A DNA stretch of 37,065 nucleotides. It comes from Flavobacteriales bacterium. Lineage in GTDB: Bacteria > Bacteroidota > Bacteroidia > Flavobacteriales_D > Sanyastnellaceae. Below are positions 1-9,534 of this stretch, one piece after another; within the stretch, counting starts at the first letter, position 1; every line of letters begins with the position of its first letter. Under the pieces are notes generated by a model. It was not told the DNA's origin. It ran no database searches and worked only from the letters and a program-made list of their open reading frames with translations. The stretch lies in the NCBI GenBank assembly GCA_029245065.1, contig JAQWQB010000051.1:1-37065 (forward strand). Reading direction: 5' to 3'. The position numbers and the translations under genes were made by a program.

Positions 1-1
1 T

Positions 2-694
2 GAGTTTAGTGTAAGAGACCACCTGAACAAAGTTGCACCACGTGTAATGGGAGTGCTGAACCCGTTGAAATTGGTCATCACCAATTATCCAGAAGGAAAA
101 ACAGAGCACCTCACAACAGAGAACAACCCTGAAGATGAGTCTGCAGGGAAACGTGAATTACCATTCGGACGTGAATTGTTCATTGAGCAGAACGACTTTA
201 TGGAAGATGCTCCACGTAAGTTCTTCCGTCTTGCTCCTGGAAAAACGGTTCGTCTTAAGTCGGCCTACATCGTTGAATATGTTGACCACGTGAAGGACGA
301 AAATGGAAATGTAACAGAAGTACATGTAAAGTACTTCGAAGACTCTAAAAGTGGACAAGACACCAGTGGTATCAAGGCCAAAGGAGTTCTTCATTGGGTT
401 TCTGCTGAACACGCATTTGATGCGGAAGTGAGGCTTTATGATCGTCTTTTCTCTGACCCAACGCCAGATGGACACAAAGACCGTTCATTCATGGAGTTCA
501 TCAATACGGATTCATTGGAAATTCTCCAGAAGTGCAAATTGGAACCGTCGTTGAAAGATGCGAAAGCAGGTGATCAGTTCCAGTTCCAGCGTTTGGGCTA
601 TTTCTGTGTAGATAGCAAGCACAGTGTAGAGGGAAGTCCTGTTTTCAATAGAACGGTGACGCTGAAAGACACTTGGGCAAAAATGAACAAGTGA
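2..694 (+). CDS. glnS: Glutaminyl-tRNA synthetase, C-terminal anticodon-binding part. The 5' end is truncated by the window edge.
   Basis: The translation aligns almost residue for residue with the E. coli GlnRS C-terminus (GVLHWVSAEHA, RLYDRLFSDP, FQFQRLGYFCVD, NRTVTLKDTWAK). The reading frame stays open back to position 2. Confidence 0.93.
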   Translation, partial: EFSVRDHLNKVAPRVMGVLNPLKLVITNYPEGKTEHLTTENNPEDESAGKRELPFGRELFIEQNDFMEDAPRKFFRLAPGKTVRLKSAYIVEYVDHVKDENGNVTEVHVKYFEDSKSGQDTSGIKAKGVLHWVSAEHAFDAEVRLYDRLFSDPTPDGHKDRSFMEFINTDSLEILQKCKLEPSLKDAKAGDQFQFQRLGYFCVDSKHSVEGSPVFNRTVTLKDTWAKMNK

Positions 695-724
695 ACTTGA
701 ATTCCACTTAAAGGTTATAATGCA

Positions 725-1717
725 ATGAAAAAGACTGTTGTTAGGTGGTACACTGTAATACTCATTTCTCTCGCTAGCCTTGTTGGGTGCGAAAAAGAGA
801 TTACCGTTGACTTGCCAACAGTTCCGTCTCAAATTGTAGTAGAAGGAACCATTGAGCAAGGGCAACCTCCTGTGGTTTTACTTACAAAGTCTCAAGGCTA
901 TTTCGAACCTACGAACCTCAATGCGTTAGAAGAGCTAGTCGTTCGAGGAGCTTCGGTTTACGTAACGAACAATGGCAATGAAGTGCAGCTCACAGAAGTG
1001 TGTAGTTCAGATTTGCCACCTGAATTGCTTCCACTTGTGGTTGAATTGACGGGCTTCTCTGCTGAACAACTTCAAGCTTTTGATTTGTGTTTGTATACCA
1101 CATTCGATGAGTCCATTTGGGGCGAAGTAAATCAGATTTATGAATTACGAATAGAATCGGGAGACGAGGTGCTCACCTCTCAGACGAAAATTAATACGCC
1201 CATTGCATTGGATAGTGTTTGGTTCGAACGTCCTGGAAGTCCTTCCCCTGAAGATTCGCTTGGGTTTTTGTATGCCATTCTAACAGACCCAGATACTACC
1301 GGGAATGCTTACCGTTGGTTTGCCAGAAGAGTGAATACCTATCCTTCATGGAGTCCGAACGCCGGAGAAATAAAGGACGTTTCATACATTGCGCCGTTAG
1401 GAAGTGCAAATGATGATGCGTTCTTCAATGGGCTTAATTTTGAATTCGGTTATTTCAGACAGCCTGCCCCAAACAGCATCAAAGAAGATGATACCAATGA
1501 GGAAGCTGGCTTTTACAAAGTAGGAGACACCGTAGCAGTTAGAGGAACCGTTATAGATTTAGGCGCCTATCAATACATTTCCTCTTTTGAAGACCAGGCA
1601 GCAAGTCAAGGCAGTCCCTTTGCCTCTCCAGCTAATATTCGTTCCAATATCAATGGCGGATTAGGAGCGTGGATTGGATACGGTGCTACCTATGACACAA
1701 TAATTTGCGTTCCTTAA
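725..1717 (+). CDS. Hypothetical Cys-lipoprotein, DUF4249-like
   Basis: Lipoprotein signal peptide MKKTVVRWYTVILISLASLVGC. The C-terminus (SNINGGLGAWIGYG) matches my recollection of Bacteroidota DUF4249 lipoproteins. The family assignment rests on memory, not a search. Confidence 0.5.
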   Translation: MKKTVVRWYTVILISLASLVGCEKEITVDLPTVPSQIVVEGTIEQGQPPVVLLTKSQGYFEPTNLNALEELVVRGASVYVTNNGNEVQLTEVCSSDLPPELLPLVVELTGFSAEQLQAFDLCLYTTFDESIWGEVNQIYELRIESGDEVLTSQTKINTPIALDSVWFERPGSPSPEDSLGFLYAILTDPDTTGNAYRWFARRVNTYPSWSPNAGEIKDVSYIAPLGSANDDAFFNGLNFEFGYFRQPAPNSIKEDDTNEEAGFYKVGDTVAVRGTVIDLGAYQYISSFEDQAASQGSPFASPANIRSNINGGLGAWIGYGATYDTIICVP

Positions 1718-1766
1718 CAGCAGAAGTGGAACCATTTTTGCACCTTGGTCAGTAAAATTATTCAAC

Positions 1767-3377
1767 ATGATCAAATCCTTCAGGTTTTTACTTCTTTTCT
1801 CATTGATAGGAAGTGCCTTTGCCTCTCTCGCCCAACAACCAATTAACGCTAAAAGCAACATCACAGAAGTGTCTGTTTACCTTGCTGGAGCTACCGTAAC
1901 AAGAGCTGCCACCGTGGATCTAAAAGCAGGTGAAAACGAAATTCGTCTTGGCAGCATTGCTAGCCGAATGGACCCGAATAGCATTCAAGTAAATGGAACA
2001 GGGGATATGCTTATTACAGGTGTACGCCAGGAAGTTGATTGGAGTGTTATCAATTTCGTCTCACCAGAAATCAAGGTGAAACAAGATAGTTTAGAAGACA
2101 TCACCTTCTCGCTTGGCACCAAAAGAGCCCTTAGAGAAACCTACAATGAGGAACTCATGATGATTCAAGCCAACCGTTCAATCGGAGGGGAGAACACCGT
2201 TCTGCTAGTGGAAGACTTGGAGGAAATGGCCAATTTTTTCCGAAAGCGTATCAAAGAAATTCGGTACAAAATTCTCGAGCTGGAACAAGAAGAACGCGAG
2301 CTAACGACTATTCAACAACGCTTAAACATGGAGCTGAATCAGCGACGTGGCCGGAACAAACAAAACACCAACCAGATCTTCGTGAAGGTGCGTTCGTCGA
2401 AAGCACAGAAAGTGCAAATGGAGGTGAGCTATTTCGTGAATGATGCCAGTTGGTATCCTTTGTATGACCTTCGTTCTGAAGATACTCAGAGCCCAATTGA
2501 AGTAAACTACAAGGCAAAAATCATCCAAAACACCGGCAACGATTGGGAAGATGTGAAGTTAACATTGACTACCGGGAATCCTTCTATAGGCGGTAATGTG
2601 CCAAGTTTGGAGCCGTGGAAATTATATTTCGCACAGTTATATAATAGGAAGCAAAAAGTGATGGGGAATTATAATTCTGCACCGAGTTATGGTTACGAAG
2701 CGGATGACAATGTTTCTCAAATGAACTCTCTTTCAGTAGAGAAAATGGAAGCAGGAGTTATTGAAAAACTCTTGGTAACTGAATTTGTTATTCCTATTGA
2801 ATACGACATACCATCAGATAACCAACAGTATGAAGTGGACATGCGTAAATTCAATTTACCGTCCAACTACCGACATGTTACGGTGCCCAAGCTACTGGAA
2901 GAAGCTTTCTTAACAGCTGACGTTACTGAGTGGGAGTCGTACAATATGTTACCAGGTGAAGCGATGATTTACTTCCAAGGAGCCTATGTTGGACAGTCGT
3001 TTATCGATCCGGTAATTACCTCTGATACCTTGCAACTCTCATTGGGTAGAGATCCAGGAGTGGCAGTGAAAAGAGAAGCGGTAAAAGATTTTTGTAAGAC
3101 ATCTACTTTTGGAGGGAAGAAGAAGACGATAAGAGGATTCAAAACGACGGTGATGAATACACGCTCTGTTGCTGTGACTGTCTTGATTGAAGATCAAGTG
3201 CCACTCTCTTCTGAATCAGATATAGAAGTAACCGTAGACGATTTGAACGGAGGAACGCTAGACCCTGAAACAGGCATTGTTACTTGGGAAGTAGAAATTC
3301 AGCCAGGAGCCTCGGTTGAAAAAGTACTCAAGTACTCTGTGCGTTATCCACGTAAAAAACCGGTAGCTAACCTCTAA
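1767..3377 (+). CDS. Secreted DUF4140/DUF4139 (TIGR02231, MuiA-like) family protein
   Basis: Signal peptide MIKSFRFLLLFSLIGSAFASLAQ. The N-terminal region VSVYLAGATVTRAATVDLKAGENEIRLGSIASRMDPNSIQV fits the DUF4140 pattern. A central coiled coil is followed by a C-terminal DUF4139-like region (GEAMIYFQGAYVGQSFIDPV...LSLGRDPGVAVKRE). The stop codon overlaps oxyR convergently by 4 nt. Confidence 0.6.
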   Translation: MIKSFRFLLLFSLIGSAFASLAQQPINAKSNITEVSVYLAGATVTRAATVDLKAGENEIRLGSIASRMDPNSIQVNGTGDMLITGVRQEVDWSVINFVSPEIKVKQDSLEDITFSLGTKRALRETYNEELMMIQANRSIGGENTVLLVEDLEEMANFFRKRIKEIRYKILELEQEERELTTIQQRLNMELNQRRGRNKQNTNQIFVKVRSSKAQKVQMEVSYFVNDASWYPLYDLRSEDTQSPIEVNYKAKIIQNTGNDWEDVKLTLTTGNPSIGGNVPSLEPWKLYFAQLYNRKQKVMGNYNSAPSYGYEADDNVSQMNSLSVEKMEAGVIEKLLVTEFVIPIEYDIPSDNQQYEVDMRKFNLPSNYRHVTVPKLLEEAFLTADVTEWESYNMLPGEAMIYFQGAYVGQSFIDPVITSDTLQLSLGRDPGVAVKREAVKDFCKTSTFGGKKKTIRGFKTTVMNTRSVAVTVLIEDQVPLSSESDIEVTVDDLNGGTLDPETGIVTWEVEIQPGASVEKVLKYSVRYPRKKPVANL

Positions 3378-4294
3378 AGCTGCCTCCAACGAACATTGGA
3401 ATAATTCTCAACTGCTTGGAATTCTTCAGGAACATTTCGAATGATGTTTTCCCGAAGTGTTTCAAGCAGTTTTTCTTTGACAAAACTTGAGTGCACCACG
3501 AGGCTTATTTCACGAGCAGGTTGGGGAGCCTTGAAAAAAGCGAGGTATGGTTTGTCAAAATCAGTGACGCTCATTGCTGGAACTAAGGTATATCCCAAGC
3601 CTTGTTGAACAAGAGATTTTAAGGATTCGATGGACCCGCTGCGGTAGTGGAACTGTTGTTTGTCGTTGGCCGTTTGTTTGCAAACCTCCAGTGTTTGGGA
3701 ACGAAAGCAATGGCCTTCTTCTAGCAGTAATAACTCTTCGTCAGGAAGGTTGGAGGCATCGTCCATGGTGCGCACTTTGGCCGCTTCTCCGTAGAGGTAG
3801 AAGGGCTCGTAGAATAGTTTTATTTCTCGAATTCCCGGTTCGTTCAACGGTGTAGCAAGTAGCCCCACATCTAGGCTTCCTTCTTTTAGTCGGTTGATGA
3901 TAGTTTGCGTTTGCAATTCCTCAATCGTAGGTTCTACCAACTCGTTTTCGTTTAGGAAAGAAGGAAGAAACTTAGGCAAGAGGTAAGGTGCTAACGTAGG
4001 AATTATTCCCAGCTTAAATTGTCCACTTATGCTCTCGTGTTGTCCGCGAATAAATTCGAAAAGCTGTTCGGTGTTATGAAGAATTTCATTGGCCCGTTGA
4101 ATGACTTCAACTCCTGTTGGAGTGGGAGTCAGTGGCTGTTTAGAACGGTCAAAGATGGTCAGCCCCATTTCATTTTCCAACTTCTTTAGTTGCATGGTTA
4201 ACGTGGGTTGACTCACACTGCAAGCATCAGCAGCTTTAACGAAATTCCGATGGGTGTTTAAGGCAGAAATATACCTAAGCTGCTGAATAGTCAT
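3374..4294 (-). CDS. oxyR: LysR-family transcriptional regulator, OxyR (peroxide sensor)
   Basis: N-terminal LysR helix-turn-helix (MTIQQLRYISALNTHRNFVKAADACSVSQPTLTMQLKKLE). The redox region LLLLEEGHCFRSQTLEVC aligns with E. coli OxyR LLMLEDGHCLRDQAMGFC and carries the Cys199/Cys208 pair. Confidence 0.85.
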   Translation of the reverse strand: MTIQQLRYISALNTHRNFVKAADACSVSQPTLTMQLKKLENEMGLTIFDRSKQPLTPTPTGVEVIQRANEILHNTEQLFEFIRGQHESISGQFKLGIIPTLAPYLLPKFLPSFLNENELVEPTIEELQTQTIINRLKEGSLDVGLLATPLNEPGIREIKLFYEPFYLYGEAAKVRTMDDASNLPDEELLLLEEGHCFRSQTLEVCKQTANDKQQFHYRSGSIESLKSLVQQGLGYTLVPAMSVTDFDKPYLAFFKAPQPAREISLVVHSSFVKEKLLETLRENIIRNVPEEFQAVENYSNVRWRQL

Positions 4295-4373
4295 ATCAAT
4301 TCAATTTATACAAAGGTATAAAGTATAGCTAAGCTAGTTGGCCAGCATCTTTGAGAAATGGAAAAGCCGATCC

Positions 4374-4406
4374 AAAAAAAAGGGGAGCTGTTGCCCCCCT
4401 TTAATT
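4374..4406 (-). terminator. Rho-independent terminator downstream of the PDZ/T9SS gene. It reads correctly on the minus strand.
   Basis: Plus strand: A8, then GGGGAGC tgtt GCCCCCC, then TTTAATT. On the minus strand this is a 7-bp GC-rich stem with one mismatch followed by 8 Ts, 20 nt past the stop of the 4426..6006 gene. Confidence 0.7.
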
Positions 4407-4425
4407 CCTAGTTCCTTTCGGAGAC

Positions 4426-6006
4426 CTAGGATCCTTTAATCAATTTCTTGCTATACGTTTGGTCACCCTGCAAAATTTGCATGTAGTATGCACCATTTGC
4501 TAGGTTACTCAAATCGATGGTGTTGCGATAAGCACCTGAAAAGTTGTTCAGTTGTTCGCTGTACACATTCTCACCCTTACTGTTGTAAATAGAGATCTGA
4601 ACTTCTTCGTCAGCCGGTAACTCAAAAGACAGTACGAACTGTCCACGGTTAGGATTAGGGAAGAAAGCAATCTTTTGCATGTCAAGATCATTTTCAAGAC
4701 GAAGTTTTTCTTCAGCGGCTTCGTTAATTGCCGTGGCTTCTTCTTCAGAAATGTCATCCAATTCAATTGTGACGTTCACCTCACTAGAAAGCTCATATCC
4801 AGCACGTTGAAGTTCTTCAAGCTCTTCAAAGAAGGCAAGGTCAATTTCTTCACCCATTGCAGCTAAATTCTCTTCCAGGTTCTCTAGGGTTGGAGCAAGT
4901 TCTGAAAGGTCAGAACCCATCTGGCTTAAGTCTTCGAACATCGTTGCCAAATCTTCCGTCATTTCAGCTGAGTTCAACTCAAATTGCAATTCGTGCTCTC
5001 CGTCTTCGTCCATTCCCTGGTAGTGTTGGAATAGGTCACCACCGTTCATAGAGCATCCTTGGCGTTGTCCCATGGTAGCCTGAATGGTCTGTTCTTTATC
5101 GTCGCGATCAATAACAATCTCCAATTCTTGACCAACTGAAGTAGATTTGATGACTGTAGTGAGTTCTTCGAAGCTATTTACCTCTGACCCACTTATTTTG
5201 AGCACAACGTCTCCAGCCTGAAGTCCTGCCTTTTGAGCAGCCGATCCATCAATAATAGATCCTAGTTTTACCCCTTTTTCCATGTGGCTTACAGGCGTTA
5301 CTCCTAAGAACGGACGTGCTTCAAAGAACAGTTCTTCGCCCTCTGTATCAAACATACCCGGCAAAACGGGTGGCTCAATACTCGAAGAGAAATTCCACAG
5401 GAATCGTTCATTTTCAGCTTCCTTTTCGCCGAGTGTGACTTTCGTCTTTTCAACTTCACCGTCTCTGATGTACTTGATTTTAACTACATCTCCTGGTTGA
5501 TGGGACAAAATGCTTGAAACAAGCGTTACATAATCGGTTACAGGTTCTTTGTCTAGCTCAACAATAATATCGCCTGCTTGAAGCGGACTGTTTCCCGCAG
5601 GAGTTCCTTGAATAATCTCGGAGATGTAAGCCCCGTTGGCTTCATTTGAATCATTGGCGCTGTCATTTACTCGAACGCCTAGAAATGCTTTGGATTCAGA
5701 AGCAGGAGCAGGGAAGTAGCTGAGGTCGTATTCTTGAAGCTCATTTGCTAAATCGTACTTTTTGACTGTGATTTCGAAAGCTTGTCCTTCGGTGAGATTA
5801 CCGAATTCATCAAGGATGTCCAAGTCTTGGAGGATTTGTTCTAAATCGGCTCCGGAAGTAATTTCAACTTCTCGTTCAACTTGTTCGACATTTCCATTGA
5901 CTTCTTTTCTGATTTTAATCTTGGCTTTCTCCTGTGCGTAGGATGAAAAGCTGATCAGAGAGATAAAGAGAACTCCCAAAAACTTCATGCTTAGTGTGTG
6001 CTTCAT
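4426..6006 (-). CDS. Secreted protein with two PDZ domains and a T9SS type-A C-terminal sorting domain. No protease domain is present.
   Basis: Signal peptide (MKFLGVLFISLISFSSYAQ). Two PDZ-like segments (GAYISEIIQGTPAGNSPLQAGDIIVELD and LGSIIDGSAAQKAGLQAGDVVLKISGSEV). An acidic helical region of about 90 aa follows. The C-terminus is FFPNPNRGQFVLSFEL...GAYYMQILQGDQTYSKKLIKGS. Confidence 0.8.
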   Translation of the reverse strand: MKHTLSMKFLGVLFISLISFSSYAQEKAKIKIRKEVNGNVEQVEREVEITSGADLEQILQDLDILDEFGNLTEGQAFEITVKKYDLANELQEYDLSYFPAPASESKAFLGVRVNDSANDSNEANGAYISEIIQGTPAGNSPLQAGDIIVELDKEPVTDYVTLVSSILSHQPGDVVKIKYIRDGEVEKTKVTLGEKEAENERFLWNFSSSIEPPVLPGMFDTEGEELFFEARPFLGVTPVSHMEKGVKLGSIIDGSAAQKAGLQAGDVVLKISGSEVNSFEELTTVIKSTSVGQELEIVIDRDDKEQTIQATMGQRQGCSMNGGDLFQHYQGMDEDGEHELQFELNSAEMTEDLATMFEDLSQMGSDLSELAPTLENLEENLAAMGEEIDLAFFEELEELQRAGYELSSEVNVTIELDDISEEEATAINEAAEEKLRLENDLDMQKIAFFPNPNRGQFVLSFELPADEEVQISIYNSKGENVYSEQLNNFSGAYRNTIDLSNLANGAYYMQILQGDQTYSKKLIKGS

Positions 6007-6079
6007 AGCGTTGGATTTTTGATTTAATCAAATGTATTCCAGCCATTTGCCAGTTGCTGTTAAAAGCACATAAAAAAGG

Positions 6080-7252
6080 TTAATCGAAATCTTCCCGGAA
6101 GAAGTCTATTTGCCTTCGATCAATCAAGTGTACATCCCGGTAATAGAAATGCAGGATGTCTTTGGCCTCGTATCCTAACGTTGCCATTCGCATGGCTCCC
6201 TCTTGGCAAAGCCCTACACCATGTCCAAAGCCACGACCGATTATTTGAACACTATCTTGGTATTCATGAATGGTGAAGAAAGCAGAGCGTAGTTTCCAAT
6301 CAGCGCGCATTTTAGTCATCTTCAAGTTGCGAAGGCTGTCTGAGAAGAATTTCGTCTTGTTCTCTGGAAAGAAGGCCAGCACAGACAAGCTATCTTCGAA
6401 CGAGTCCAACGGGAAATCGCGTTTCATGTAATTCAACCACGCCGTTTTTGAAACTGTTTTTTCCCAGTGAGAATGTGGCATGACCATGCAGAACGTATCT
6501 CTTCGTCCCACGAGATAGGGAAGTGGCTTTCGCCAAACGTGTTCTGAATTGAGTGTATGTCCGCCACAGTTGGAATGAAAGGCTGCCGTTACCATTTCGA
6601 TGTCTGAACTCACTAGCACGTGATCCTTCGTTTCATAAGTGCCAATGAGGATGTTTTCGTCCCAGCGCGACATCCCGTGGTAAGCTTGGCAGTGCACCTT
6701 GTCGCACACATTGAAGCCTTCTGTGCTATGACGCCCCATGTTGGCAAGTGCATAGGTTCGACTAATAACAGACTGCACCTTGTAGTATTCAACCTCGTGA
6801 CCCTTGCCCGCTTCGGCCTCTGTTACGCCTGCAACATAACGTTCAATATCTGATTCGTTCACAATGATCAAGGCCCCTGACTTCGCGGTGATGACCAAGT
6901 TATCTGGGTAGATATTGGTTTTCTCTCTTCCTGTGTTAAACCGCACTTTCAACCTCAAGCTACTTTCCCACTGTTTGGAGGCAACGATTAGTCGTTTATA
7001 GGTGCCTAGCTTAATCCCATCTCTTGAAAGAACAAGTTCTTGTCCAACAGGTGTTACCGAGAAAATATTGTTTCTGGATACTTGCGCAAGTGGCGTGCTT
7101 CCGTCTCGAACTTCATACTGACCAGCATTGATGGAAATTTTTGCTGAGCGGACAATTTCATTGTCAAAAAGACCAACACGAATAATGACTTCATCTTGGC
7201 TGAACGACAAAAATGAACAAAGGGTAAGCGCTATGGATAAAAGGAGTCTCAC
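6080..7252 (-). CDS. SpoIID/LytB domain protein (amidase enhancer-like)
   Basis: Signal peptide. The core AFHSNCGGHTLNSEHVW and ...GHGVGLCQEGA are typical of SpoIID/LytB. It overlaps the lpxB stop by 4 nt. Confidence 0.75.
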   Translation of the reverse strand: MRLLLSIALTLCSFLSFSQDEVIIRVGLFDNEIVRSAKISINAGQYEVRDGSTPLAQVSRNNIFSVTPVGQELVLSRDGIKLGTYKRLIVASKQWESSLRLKVRFNTGREKTNIYPDNLVITAKSGALIIVNESDIERYVAGVTEAEAGKGHEVEYYKVQSVISRTYALANMGRHSTEGFNVCDKVHCQAYHGMSRWDENILIGTYETKDHVLVSSDIEMVTAAFHSNCGGHTLNSEHVWRKPLPYLVGRRDTFCMVMPHSHWEKTVSKTAWLNYMKRDFPLDSFEDSLSVLAFFPENKTKFFSDSLRNLKMTKMRADWKLRSAFFTIHEYQDSVQIIGRGFGHGVGLCQEGAMRMATLGYEAKDILHFYYRDVHLIDRRQIDFFREDFD

Positions 7253-8382
7253 TTTTGAGCTGTTGCTTTTTTAGCTTCATTCAGCATCAATTGTGCCGTT
7301 CGTTGTGAGGCGCCTGCTCCACCGAGTTTTTGACTCAAGAGTTGGTAGTTTTCTTTCATCTTCTTTCGGTAAGCTTCATCTTCTAAAATGAGTGAAAGTT
7401 CGTCTTCAACGGCCTGTGCATTGAATTCGTGTTGAATAAGTTCTTTCACCACTTCTTTGTCCATGATTAGGTTTACCAACGAAATGAACTTGATCTTCAC
7501 CAACCGTTTTGCGATGTGATAACTAATGGTGCTTGCAGTGTAACAGACTGCCTGAGGCATGCCGTGAATGGCAGCTTCAAGAGTAGCCGTTCCACTGGTG
7601 ACTAATCCTGCTTCCGCCGCTGAAAAGAGCCCGTAAGTATCGTTAAATACTAGGTTTGACTCTTCGACCCCAGGAATGGAGAGGTAAAACTCCTTGGTTT
7701 GTCCCGGAGCACCTGCAATGACGTAATGAAAATCTCCTTTCTTTTTAATGACTTCAAGCATGATTGGCAGCGAGGTCAATATCTCTTGCTTTCTAGAGCC
7801 TGGAAGTACCGCTAGAATTCGTTTTCCTTCCAATTGGTGCTTGGCACGGAACGTTTCATCTGCTCGTTGGATAGCATCTTGGTCAATGACATCCAACAAA
7901 GGATGCCCAACGTATTCTATCTGCATGTCATGCTTCGCGTAGAAATCCTTTTCAAAAGGAAGAATGGCGTACAGCTGTGTAATGTCTCGCTTAATGCGCT
8001 TAATTCGTCCTTCTTTCCATGCCCAAATTTGAGGGGAGATGTAATAGAGTACGGGTATGTTGTGCTCTTTACAGAAGGTGGCAATGCGGAGGTTAAAGCC
8101 CGGGTAGTCTATTAAAATTACTGCATCTGGTTTGTGTTCAAGAATATCTTCTTTGCAGCGTTTGATGTTCTTCAAAATGGTCCTGAGGTTCGCAATGACT
8201 TCAATGAACCCCATAAAGGCAAGCTCTCGGTAGTGTTTCACAACCTCAGCTCCTTCAGCTTCCATGAGGTCACCACCCCAAGCCCTGAACGAATGTCCTT
8301 TTTCAATTGAATTGAACCCTTTGATCAGGTTGGCACCATGGAGATCGCCTGATGCTTCGCCGGCTATGACATAGAACTTCAT
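7249..8382 (-). CDS. lpxB: Lipid-A-disaccharide synthase (GT19)
   Basis: The N-terminus MKFYVIAGEASGDLHGANLIKGF matches the LpxB AGE(T/A)SGD motif. Length 377 aa. Confidence 0.9.
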   Translation of the reverse strand: MKFYVIAGEASGDLHGANLIKGFNSIEKGHSFRAWGGDLMEAEGAEVVKHYRELAFMGFIEVIANLRTILKNIKRCKEDILEHKPDAVILIDYPGFNLRIATFCKEHNIPVLYYISPQIWAWKEGRIKRIKRDITQLYAILPFEKDFYAKHDMQIEYVGHPLLDVIDQDAIQRADETFRAKHQLEGKRILAVLPGSRKQEILTSLPIMLEVIKKKGDFHYVIAGAPGQTKEFYLSIPGVEESNLVFNDTYGLFSAAEAGLVTSGTATLEAAIHGMPQAVCYTASTISYHIAKRLVKIKFISLVNLIMDKEVVKELIQHEFNAQAVEDELSLILEDEAYRKKMKENYQLLSQKLGGAGASQRTAQLMLNEAKKATAQK

Positions 8383-8694
8383 CTAGTAAAAGTAGATGAT
8401 TATAGGAACAGACACGAGTAAGACGGCAATTACTCCTTTTCCGAGTTCGTAATATTCCTTTCGAAGACAGATCCAAAACAATATTACATTGAATAAAACA
8501 CTGATAGTGATGATTTTATCCTTGAAAATGTCGGAAGCTAAAAAGACTTCGTTCACAAAGTAGCTCACCTCTGTATCATTCATGCTAGACCACATTACAG
8601 CATAGCCAAAGAAGCCAACTATTGCGCCAAGCACCCCAACGAGCATGCCTATCCAAATGTTATCGAATTTTTTCATCAGAGGTTTAAGTCCCAT
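8383..8694 (-). CDS. Small integral membrane protein, hypothetical
   Basis: 103 aa with three predicted TM helices. It sits between surE and lpxB in the same operon and overlaps surE by 19 nt. Confidence 0.5.
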   Translation of the reverse strand: MGLKPLMKKFDNIWIGMLVGVLGAIVGFFGYAVMWSSMNDTEVSYFVNEVFLASDIFKDKIITISVLFNVILFWICLRKEYYELGKGVIAVLLVSVPIIIYFY

Positions 8695-9455
8695 TGATTC
8701 AACTGTCCAATGGTATGGTGATCCGTAAGATCGAACTGAGTAGGTACTACAGAAACATAACCATGGTTCAAAGCCCAGTCGTCGGTATCTTCACCCTTAT
8801 CTGGATTGGTGAAAGAACCTGTCATCCAGTAATACGTCTTACCACCTGGAGCAGTGCGTTTATCGAATGCATCTGCCCAATAACCGATGGCTTGGCGACA
8901 AACCATAACGCCTTTGATTTCCGAGGCGGGAAGTTTAGGGATGTTTACATTCAAGCAAGTCCCTACAGGAATGCCATTGCTAATGACTCTTTCTGCGATC
9001 ATTTTCACATACGGACGCGAAGGAATGAAGTCAGCATCTTCGCTAAAATCGAGCAAAGAATAGCCAATGCTTGGAATGCTTTCCACGGCTCCTTCTACAG
9101 CCGCAGACATGGTTCCACTGTAAATAACATTGATTGAACTATTGGCCCCATGGTTGATTCCTGAGACGATCAAATCTGGCTTTTTTTCCAATACTTCGTA
9201 GATAGCGAGTTTCACACAATCTACTGGGGTTCCGCTACAACTATACGCTTTAACGCCTTCAACAGGGTAGGCTACTTCGTTGACACGAAGAATATTATTG
9301 ATGGTTACCGCGTGTCCCATTCCACTTTGTGGGCTGTCAGGAGCAACGATGACCACGTCACCTAATTCAATCATTACTTCCACCAAATTGCGTATTCCTT
9401 TGGCGAAGATTCCGTCATCATTGGTGACGAGTATTAATGGTCGTGTATTGTTCAT
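8676..9455 (-). CDS. surE: 5'/3'-nucleotidase SurE
   Basis: The N-terminus PLILVTNDDGIFAKGIRNLVEVM matches the SurE signature (NDDG). Length 259 aa. Confidence 0.9.
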   Translation of the reverse strand: MNNTRPLILVTNDDGIFAKGIRNLVEVMIELGDVVIVAPDSPQSGMGHAVTINNILRVNEVAYPVEGVKAYSCSGTPVDCVKLAIYEVLEKKPDLIVSGINHGANSSINVIYSGTMSAAVEGAVESIPSIGYSLLDFSEDADFIPSRPYVKMIAERVISNGIPVGTCLNVNIPKLPASEIKGVMVCRQAIGYWADAFDKRTAPGGKTYYWMTGSFTNPDKGEDTDDWALNHGYVSVVPTQFDLTDHHTIGQLNQWDLNL

Positions 9456-9534
9456 GTCTTTTTATTCGTTACAAAGGTAGTTTGTGTGTCGTGAAGATTT
9501 GGTGACAGAAAGGGTGTATTTTTAACATTGGATT

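Noticed and set aside
158-865. Antisense ORFs 158..475 and 512..865 opposite glnS and the following intergenic region
   Set aside because: They overlap a confidently identified glnS reading frame. No motifs. Shadow ORFs.
6016-6045. 6-bp inverted repeat CAAATG-N9-CATTTG between the PDZ gene start and the SpoIID-like gene end
   Set aside because: Too short to distinguish from chance in a 43% GC sequence. No second copy elsewhere in the window.
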